Positions 56,855-64,000 of a DNA stretch of 64,000 nucleotides are shown here, piece by piece. The stretch comes from Candidatus Melainabacteria bacterium 17Bon1m (GTDB taxonomy: Bacteria; Cyanobacteriota; Vampirovibrionia; Obscuribacterales; Obscuribacteraceae), in NCBI GenBank assembly GCA_032128875.1, contig JAVLKG010000003.1:193008-257007 (forward strand). The letters run 5' to 3'. Position numbers and translations under genes: made by a program. The notes under the pieces were generated by a model. The model had not been told where the DNA came from. It worked only from the letters and a program-made list of their open reading frames with translations, and did no database searches. Numbering within the stretch: the stretch's first letter is position 1; every line of letters starts with the position of its first letter.

Positions 56855-58450
56855 TTACGAATGACGTCCAGCAGCTGTCCCAGTCATAGCGTCAATCGCA
56901 TCGCTCAGCGCGCGAGCTGATTGAATTCGCTCGCTTGTCGAAAGTGCTGTGCAGGAAGCCACCAGTCGATCGACTTCTTCGGAGAGTTCGCTTCTCGCTT
57001 TGCGTGGATGAGAAGGTGACAGCGGTTCTGGATCATCGCCTGTCAGAAGGAAATTTAGTGTGCCGCCCAGCGCGTAAATATCGCTTGAGGGCTCAGCTTT
57101 CCCTCTGAATTGTTCAGGTGAAATGTATGACTGCTTTCCGATCAGAGTGCCGGTGGCTTGCCCCACGTACTCGTTGGCTGCACCGAAGTCGATTAGTACA
57201 AGCGTGCCATCTTTGCGCAAGACAACATTGTCCGGTGTTACGTCCCTGTGCACCACGGGCGGTGAGAGTTCGTGCAGGTACGTGAGAGTAGATGCAAGCT
57301 CTTGCGCCCATGCGAGCACTTGTTTCTCACCGCATGGTCCGTGCATTCTCACATGTTGTCGCAAACTCGTACCCGGCACGTATTCCAAAAGCATATAGTC
57401 GCGCCCGTTTTCGACTAGATGATCTTTGACCTTCGCGATTGCCGGATGGTCGAGTTTCATCAACAAACTTGCTTCTCTGCGGAATAGCTCTTTCGCCTTC
57501 TCTTTGGTTTTCTCATCGACAGAATGCGGTATAACCGATTCCTTGAGAATTGACAGCCCGCCTGTGTTTTGTTCGACGAGATAAACGGCAGACAATCCGC
57601 CTGATGCAATCATACTGATGACTTTCAATCTGCCATTTTGCAGCGTAGAACCTTTAGTAAGCGGCACAAAAGTCGTCGCCCCTAAATGAGATTGCATCTC
57701 TTCTTCCCACATCGCTGTGTACGTTACAGGAGCGTCGGGCTTCGCTTCCGGCACATCGACTTGAATGACCTTCTTGATCAATTCCATTGCTTCATTGGAG
57801 ATTACTGCTTCTTTACCCCAGTCGCTGAGCGCGCGGCAGAGTTGTTCTAGGTCTTTCTTTGACAGCCGCTTTAGATTTAGCGCGGTGTTGCCGCCGGAGC
57901 GGAAGTACAGTCGCAGCGTCCAGTTCATCATCGACTCCATATCGTAAGGGTCGTTGTTTGCACGTACCATTTTCTTTGAGAGCGAAACAGATCCGAGATC
58001 TGACCAGCTTCGTGTGCGGCGGAAGAGCAGAGACGGTGACATCAGCAACGGAAAGGAGAGCCGAGATTCTGTGAGTAAAATGCGTGTGTGCTGTCCCGCA
58101 ATCATGAACAGAAAAGCCAGCGCTGCAAAAACGCAGTAGGCGCCGGCAAGAACATATTCTTCCGTGCGGTAAGGCTCTGTCATCGATGAATAGCGCGTGC
58201 AACAGACGCAAATGGCACCGCAGTGGCAGTTGCTGCAAGTCATCGGCGCCGAAGTCTTCACCGTCTTCACATGTGAGACGTTGATTCCAGCCTGCGGTCC
58301 GTATTTGATGACATCAAATGTCTTGCGCGCTGCTTCGATTGGCACGGTCTTGATTCCGGCGGCAACCAGAAATAGGCTTATCGTCAAGAACAGCGAGAAT
58401 AGCCAGACAGGCAGTACGTGATACCGAAGGGCAAATTTCTTGCGATTCAC
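56855..58450 (-). CDS. Membrane Ser/Thr protein kinase with Cys-rich loop
   Basis: ASGGLS, ILKE, HRDVTPDN, DFG, YISPEQ; two N-terminal TMs flanking CSNCHCGAICVCC. Confidence 0.92.
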   Translation of the reverse strand: MNRKKFALRYHVLPVWLFSLFLTISLFLVAAGIKTVPIEAARKTFDVIKYGPQAGINVSHVKTVKTSAPMTCSNCHCGAICVCCTRYSSMTEPYRTEEYVLAGAYCVFAALAFLFMIAGQHTRILLTESRLSFPLLMSPSLLFRRTRSWSDLGSVSLSKKMVRANNDPYDMESMMNWTLRLYFRSGGNTALNLKRLSKKDLEQLCRALSDWGKEAVISNEAMELIKKVIQVDVPEAKPDAPVTYTAMWEEEMQSHLGATTFVPLTKGSTLQNGRLKVISMIASGGLSAVYLVEQNTGGLSILKESVIPHSVDEKTKEKAKELFRREASLLMKLDHPAIAKVKDHLVENGRDYMLLEYVPGTSLRQHVRMHGPCGEKQVLAWAQELASTLTYLHELSPPVVHRDVTPDNVVLRKDGTLVLIDFGAANEYVGQATGTLIGKQSYISPEQFRGKAEPSSDIYALGGTLNFLLTGDDPEPLSPSHPRKARSELSEEVDRLVASCTALSTSERIQSARALSDAIDAMTGTAAGRHS

Positions 58451-58563
58451 CGCTCAATCCTCGAAACAGGGCATTCTGTTTCGATAATATGATTGTGCGA
58501 GTCGCGAATACAGATGGCTAGGTGCGACCTAGTATCAGGACTTCGGATAGAGAAGTTCTGGGG

Positions 58564-59379
58564 TTATGGATAGTACCGATGAATTCTGCGGAGTTGAAGA
58601 CCATTTACTGCTTGCGGATCAATGTCGTAAGTGAAGGCGCAGTTGTGGTCGAAGAGCGGAACAGTGTTTTCGTTGCGTACTAATCGCAATCTTCTTTCCA
58701 GCATCCTCACGACTCTGCTGTTTTCATCACAACCGCATTTGTCTTTGGACATTTGCAGTGCAACTGAGAATTCCTGCTCTGCATTCTCCCAGTCGCCAGC
58801 ACGCGAAGCAAATTTGCCTGCCTCAATGTGCAGGTCGCGACTGCGGGATGGCTTGTCGGCTGTATGCTCTTCGGCGCAGGCGATACCGCCGCGGATAAAC
58901 ATTTGTGCCAGCTTGTAATTGTGCTTCCATCCATAAATGCGTGCTGCGCGGCGATATTCGCGCTGCGCCATTCTGTGTCCAAAGACTTTGTGGTCGAAAT
59001 TGATGACCGCGTAAGTGCGGGCGACGCTTTCCGGGCTGCCGTCCAAAGCAAAGTAGGTTAGTCCGGACATGAAAAACAGCGAGTATGCGAGCAGAGGTAC
59101 AGGAAGGAGAAGCCCGAGTGTTCGAATGAAATTGGCTGTGCCAATGGACATGCCGAAATCAGCAGGGTCGATGTATGCCGGAGGACGCTTGAAGTCCTCC
59201 ATACCATGATGCGCGAGGGCGCTATACAGCAAGAATGGAGCGGTCAACAGTAGCAAAGCTACACCGCAACAACTGATCGAGGCATGTACCATCACCACAA
59301 AACCGGTGAGGACTGCTGTGGTCAGGAAATATGCGGATGTGAGGCCGATTGAGATTCTTCTCTTGCGTTCGAAGCTCAT
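58564..59379 (-). CDS. Membrane protein with TPR-like C-terminus
   Basis: Three hydrophobic segments then AGDWENAEQEFSVAL; GGAG SD. Confidence 0.7.
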   Translation of the reverse strand: MSFERKRRISIGLTSAYFLTTAVLTGFVVMVHASISCCGVALLLLTAPFLLYSALAHHGMEDFKRPPAYIDPADFGMSIGTANFIRTLGLLLPVPLLAYSLFFMSGLTYFALDGSPESVARTYAVINFDHKVFGHRMAQREYRRAARIYGWKHNYKLAQMFIRGGIACAEEHTADKPSRSRDLHIEAGKFASRAGDWENAEQEFSVALQMSKDKCGCDENSRVVRMLERRLRLVRNENTVPLFDHNCAFTYDIDPQAVNGLQLRRIHRYYP

Positions 59380-59511
59380 GATGCGTTCTCCATTGTTGGC
59401 CCTGTGGTGCCAATCGGACTTTGACTAGCAGGGACACTGCTGCGTAATCTATTTATGCCCCGATGTACTCGCGCGGCAGCGATTAAGCCAAAGATCTAAG
59501 TATTAAAAGTC

Positions 59512-60504
59512 TCAGCGCTTTCTTGGTCTGCCGTATTCGTCAATTTCCGGGCGCACAAACTGACGGGTCCATTCTTCGGCGTACGCAGAGAAAGTGCCTT
59601 TGCCCCGCAGTTCGCGCAAAGCTTTTAACTGACCTTCAGAGGCATAGATATCGCCTTTGTTGATCCCCAAGACGAGCAATGCACCGCGAAATGCTATTTC
59701 GCCCGCCACCGAACGCTTCGTGTCATCGGAGCCGTCTTCATGCGCTTGAATGGCTTTGGTTGCCTCCTCTGGCGTTTTGTTAATGAGGAAATTTCCGTGA
59801 TAGCCGTCGTCCATGCGGATTAACGCGTGACCGGGATCTTTCACCCCATGCCAACTGTCGATCATCTCTGGTTTTTCATCTTTGTCGAGAAGCGACACGC
59901 CGCCCAACTTCCCTCGAACCTCCGACCAGAGCCGACACTTCTCTACTTCGGTGAGATTTTCCATCTTCCCGATGTCTTTCATGATGTTGGATATGTCATT
60001 GAAGCTGATTTGTCCGTCTTTCTTGCCGTCCGGTGTCAGTCCGTCTTTGTACTTGCTAATCAGACCGTCCGCCTGGCTGTTGACCTGTTTCAGGCGCCAG
60101 TCCGGTATGCCTGAAAAATCGACAGGCAGCTTTGTGATTTTGTTGTCTGGAAAGCGATGCGCTTGCCCTTTGTCGTCATAAGCCACGACATTGTCGACGC
60201 CGCATTCCATTTTTTCGCGGACGACTTTTCCGTTTTGGGAAACAGCTGAAACTACGTCGTTTTTGCCATTGTTATTGGCGTCGCGGCAGGTCGCGCCGTC
60301 ACCCACGATAACTGGCGGACCGTTTTGCCCGTCGAACGCCCTTGTCGCCGCATCCGAGCCGCTCTGACCGGCGGTCGCTACCCGGAGAGTCGTGCCGAAG
60401 TCTTTGGGATTGCTGCGCAGATCGCCACCCAGTTGCAGGTCGCCACTAGGCGCCGGATTGCCAATCCGGGTTTCGGTTGCTTCGTTGCCTGCGTGCGTGG
60501 ACAT
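59512..60504 (-). CDS. Hypothetical protein with EF-hand-like loops
   Basis: DANNNGKND and DGKKDGQISFNDI. Confidence 0.7.
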   Translation of the reverse strand: MSTHAGNEATETRIGNPAPSGDLQLGGDLRSNPKDFGTTLRVATAGQSGSDAATRAFDGQNGPPVIVGDGATCRDANNNGKNDVVSAVSQNGKVVREKMECGVDNVVAYDDKGQAHRFPDNKITKLPVDFSGIPDWRLKQVNSQADGLISKYKDGLTPDGKKDGQISFNDISNIMKDIGKMENLTEVEKCRLWSEVRGKLGGVSLLDKDEKPEMIDSWHGVKDPGHALIRMDDGYHGNFLINKTPEEATKAIQAHEDGSDDTKRSVAGEIAFRGALLVLGINKGDIYASEGQLKALRELRGKGTFSAYAEEWTRQFVRPEIDEYGRPRKR

Positions 60505-60675
60505 AGTAAGGTGATTCCGCGAAGCTTTCTATTTCATTCCCGCAATTGCTTTTGCGGTCACGGCGTTGGGGACTTAACGCACCCTTAGTTTGCATAGAAA
60601 TTGTGGCAAGAGTGTGAAGTCAGATTAGAAAAAGACAGCGCGCAGCGCTCCTCTTTTGCGCTTTATACTTGTGGC

Positions 60676-60948
60676 ATGAACGATTCAAGAGCCAAAACGG
60701 CTAAATCCAGTTTTCTGTGGCAGTTTCTTATTGTGGCCGTAGTCTCGGTAAGCTGTTTTCTTTTGGGGGGCGGATGGCATCTGGATATCAACGACTTTCA
60801 TCCTCATCGTGCCCAAGGTGATGACTTCTTGGATGACATCTTTTCCTATGCCGTTTTGTTTTACTATCGGGGAGGCGCTGCCGCGGTGGCTGGTGGCGCA
60901 CTTGCGGTAATTACTCTGTTTGTAATTCAAAAGCGCAACACGACTTAA
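60676..60948 (+). CDS. Small two-TM membrane protein
   Basis: Two hydrophobic helices; converges on the next gene with a 4-nt overlap. Confidence 0.55.
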   Translation: MNDSRAKTAKSSFLWQFLIVAVVSVSCFLLGGGWHLDINDFHPHRAQGDDFLDDIFSYAVLFYYRGGAAAVAGGALAVITLFVIQKRNTT

Positions 60949-62162
60949 TCCCAGTCGGGCGCCTTGATGTTATCTAGCTGAGTAAAGACATGTAGAATTT
61001 GGTCTGCATGGGGATTATAGGCGATTATTAGAGCTTCGTTTCGCTCTCCTTTTTCCCAGTGCTTGTTTATGTTCTCCCATGTTTTAGCTGTTATATAGTC
61101 AGGCTTTTGCTTGGTTTCAATGCCATGAATTACATCAGCAAAGTACGCTCCCACGAAAAAAGGCGCGTGATGAAAATCTTCTGCATTGCGCACAGCATCA
61201 GCGACTTCGCCTAACTGTTTGGGATAATCATGCGCAAACCGATTGATATTACGGACTTGAATTTGTGCTGGACCGATAGACTCGCGTTGATCGAATGGCC
61301 AGTTTCCATGCGCTTTTACATAATGATCAGGTCCGGTGTCTTTCACGTTCATGTAATAAAATTGTTCATTCCGAATAGTTGCTGCAATCAAGTCTGGATC
61401 TATTTTTCCAAAACCATCTCCGATGTACTTCTTCAGTGATGGAAAGGCTGTGTTCGCTTTGGAGCAAGCGTCGTAGTCAATAAATTCATCCTCTCTACCG
61501 CGATGCGGATATGCGCTGTCGCCTCCAAACGGTGGCTCTTCTCCTTCTCTCAATTCGGGATTCTGAGCAGCCTGACCAACTCTTTCAATTCCTTTCTTGA
61601 TTAATGCTCTCCAATCTTGAGCAACAACTGCATCCGGTCCCACCTCTACAGAGTCGCCCTGAATCTCCTCAATGTGATGCGTCTGGCCAACATCTGGCGC
61701 TGCCAGCGTTAAATTCGACGCTATCAAAACTTCCTCAGAAGCGGGTTTTTTCAAGGCTGCTAGAGCTTCTTTCCCTTTGCGCTCCATGTACTCGATCGAG
61801 AATCGTCCTTGTGCTTCTTCGTCGTCTCCAATTGCTCTAAGTCCATTAATAAAGGAAGGCCGTGGGTCAACGGAGATTTTCGTCTTTGCGGGCGCTTCAA
61901 TTCCCGCTCCCGTAATTGTGGAATCATCTGTCATCCTAATTCCAAATGACTGATACTCGGCCTTTGCATCAGTCAGACTTTTTCCGTCCTTAATCGTCGG
62001 AAGATTAGTCATAGATTCGAACTTGTTCGGGTTTGTGTTTTGGATGTCCTTTACTTCAGAGGCGCTGGCGTTTCGTGCTGCATTAACATCACCAGTGCTG
62101 AGCGCTTTCTTTTCAGCGCCTTCTTCGACTGCTTGCGATCTCTCTGTCTTATCCTCTGACAT
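60945..62162 (-). CDS. Hypothetical protein with C-terminal lysozyme/lytic-transglycosylase-like domain
   Basis: IDPDLIAATIRNE, SIGPAQI, GAYF, IIAYN. Confidence 0.7.
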   Translation of the reverse strand: MSEDKTERSQAVEEGAEKKALSTGDVNAARNASASEVKDIQNTNPNKFESMTNLPTIKDGKSLTDAKAEYQSFGIRMTDDSTITGAGIEAPAKTKISVDPRPSFINGLRAIGDDEEAQGRFSIEYMERKGKEALAALKKPASEEVLIASNLTLAAPDVGQTHHIEEIQGDSVEVGPDAVVAQDWRALIKKGIERVGQAAQNPELREGEEPPFGGDSAYPHRGREDEFIDYDACSKANTAFPSLKKYIGDGFGKIDPDLIAATIRNEQFYYMNVKDTGPDHYVKAHGNWPFDQRESIGPAQIQVRNINRFAHDYPKQLGEVADAVRNAEDFHHAPFFVGAYFADVIHGIETKQKPDYITAKTWENINKHWEKGERNEALIIAYNPHADQILHVFTQLDNIKAPDWD

Positions 62163-62349
62163 AAGACTATTTTTCCCCGAGCAGCCAAAAACGACTAGAC
62201 TGCCTCATCATTATGGAAGAGTGGAGATTTTGCGGATCGCCAATGATAATCCTTCGCACTATTTGGACGATCTTTATGTGATCGCTAATGTGTACGATGG
62301 ACTTCTGTCTATGCCTGGCCTCTCTGCGGAATGACTAATTGCGCAATCA

Positions 62350-62754
62350 CTATTCAGGGCTGTATTCCGGGCGCTGTTTTGGAGCTTTCTCGTCAAGTTT
62401 TAAATGTGGCATCAGCTCCAAAAACAACTCATCAATCGTTTTTGGATTTGAGATAACCTTCTTGGCTCCAAGGTCTAGTGCCTTTTGCTCGTCTTTGCCG
62501 TTTCTGCCAATAAACAAGATTGGAATCACACCAAGCTCTTCATCTGTGCCCAACTCAGACAACAGATCATAGCCGCTACCATTGATCAGCTCTTCATCAG
62601 TAACGATCAAATCAGGCATATTTTTGTTGGTCAGATACAGCGCGAGCGAAAGATCAGCAGCCACAACAACATTGTAATCCAGCGATTGGACTGCTTCTTT
62701 GACAAGCTCGCCAATTCGCTTGTCCTTGCTGGCGATTAGTATGTGTCTGCTCAT
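62350..62754 (-). CDS. Atypical single-domain receiver protein
   Basis: PDLIVTD, IPILFI, ALDLGA; acidic pocket and conserved Lys degenerate. Confidence 0.8.
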   Translation of the reverse strand: MSRHILIASKDKRIGELVKEAVQSLDYNVVVAADLSLALYLTNKNMPDLIVTDEELINGSGYDLLSELGTDEELGVIPILFIGRNGKDEQKALDLGAKKVISNPKTIDELFLELMPHLKLDEKAPKQRPEYSPE

Positions 62755-62795
62755 TTGCTTGCCGGATACCTTGATTCTTTGTTGTGGTCGGGGTT

Positions 62796-64000
62796 TTAGT
62801 CGGGCAGCGACCAAACTCGAATTGATTTGTCGTTGCTTCCCGTCAATGCTTGGCGGCGGTCAGGTGTGAAAGCTTCGCTCCAGATGCCGAAGTTGAGCCC
62901 TTTGAATTCAACCAATTCTTTGCCCGAAGAAAGCTCCCAGGTGCGAATCGTTTGGTCCAAACTGCCTGTAATCGCGCGATCTGAGCCCTCTACGAAAGCG
63001 ACTTTTACTACCCAATCTTTGTGCCCGTCGAGCGCTTGAGTTGTTTCTCCCTTATCGACGTCCCACACTTTTGCGCTCAGGTCGCGACTTCCGGTAAGGA
63101 CTTTCATGCCGTCACCCGACACTGCGACTGAGAGAATGCTGTCACCGTGCGCGTTTACCGAGCGAATTTCTTTTTGTGTTCCGAGATCCCAGACCTTCAT
63201 TACACCGTCGTCGGAGCCCGTCACAGCTCTGTTATTGGAGAGAAACGCGACGCAGCGCACTGGTTGTGTGTGCCCAGCGAGCACCATAACTTCTTTGGCA
63301 TCTGGCAGTGAAAGCACTCGGGCTGTGCGATCGAAGCATCCGGTGATTGCGCGCTTGCCATCTGCAGAAATGTCGACGCTCGTTATTAGGTTGTTGTAAC
63401 CACGAAAGCATGCGACTTGATTGCCGCTATCAACCTCGAAAACGCGCACAGTGCAATCGTCTGAGCCTGAGACTATATATCTCTCGTCAGGCGTGAAGGC
63501 GACGCAGTTGACCTGATTTGTGTGGCCCGGATACATGCGAATCTGCTTACCCTGAGAGAGATCCCACAAGCGAACAGAGTTGTCTGCGCCGCCGGAAATG
63601 GCTTTGGTGCCATCCTTTGAGCAGGCGATGCTCTTTACCCAATTGATGTGCCCGTTCATCTGCCTCATCTCGGTGGCCGTCTTTGTTGGCGCAGAAGATG
63701 TTGATGATGAGTCGTAAGAACTGGTTGTTTCCGGCTCGATCTTTGGCTCGGCCGCAGTCGCAGTTGGAGTTGCAATTGCAGTCGGAGTCGGGGCTACAGA
63801 CGTGGTTGTCGGCTCAGCTGTTGCTGTACCTGTATTTGGTGCAACGGTCGCGGAACCATCAGCATCGTGAGTTGCCATAGTCGGCATTGGATACGATGAG
63901 ACCGGCGTTTCTGGATTTGCCGATGTCTTCGCAGCCTCGGCTTTCGCTTCGTTGCTCGCTACCATCCACTCCGGCTTGGGTTTTGCCGCATCAATAGCTG
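62796..64000 (-). CDS. WD40 repeat protein (5' end beyond the window)
   Basis: About seven GH...WD repeats after a Pro/Thr-rich linker; frame stays open to 64000. Confidence 0.93.
   Translation of the reverse strand, partial: AIDAAKPKPEWMVASNEAKAEAAKTSANPETPVSSYPMPTMATHDADGSATVAPNTGTATAEPTTTSVAPTPTAIATPTATAAEPKIEPETTSSYDSSSTSSAPTKTATEMRQMNGHINWVKSIACSKDGTKAISGGADNSVRLWDLSQGKQIRMYPGHTNQVNCVAFTPDERYIVSGSDDCTVRVFEVDSGNQVACFRGYNNLITSVDISADGKRAITGCFDRTARVLSLPDAKEVMVLAGHTQPVRCVAFLSNNRAVTGSDDGVMKVWDLGTQKEIRSVNAHGDSILSVAVSGDGMKVLTGSRDLSAKVWDVDKGETTQALDGHKDWVVKVAFVEGSDRAITGSLDQTIRTWELSSGKELVEFKGLNFGIWSEAFTPDRRQALTGSNDKSIRVWSLPD

Overview
Bacterial chromosomal window with about 55 protein genes and no rRNA, tRNA, CRISPR array, transposase or phage structural genes that I can recognise. 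Gene content (cyanobacterial-style PlsC, Rcp1-like receiver and 6S-like RNA, many OmpR pairs, TPR proteins and membrane Ser/Thr kinases, no photosynthesis genes) suggests a non-photosynthetic cyanobacterial relative (Vampirovibrionia/Obscuribacterales-like); this is inference only. Recognisable modules: a galM / DegT aminotransferase / GMC oxidoreductase / sugar porter cluster, several two-component systems, a VWA-TPR-VWA-membrane protein operon resembling mxaC-K-L-A, a kynurenine pathway operon (3-HAA dioxygenase, kynU, kmo), a NemR-like TetR with three operators and an unannotated 57-aa divergent gene, and GTAG-type REP clusters. The most unusual block is 27.8-41.2 kb. (1) Five consecutive minus-strand transcription units (34.5-39.6 kb) each carry the same promoter architecture TGTCA-N6-TG(T/G)CA-N11-TAnnnT, and one of them precedes an ORF-less structured RNA candidate. 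(2) Two tandem LysM paralogues (348 and 369 aa) contain no lysine at all, and the neighbouring VWA operon is nearly lysine-free, although most other proteins here are lysine-rich. (3) The adjacent divergent gene has a single in-frame TGA followed directly by hairpins.
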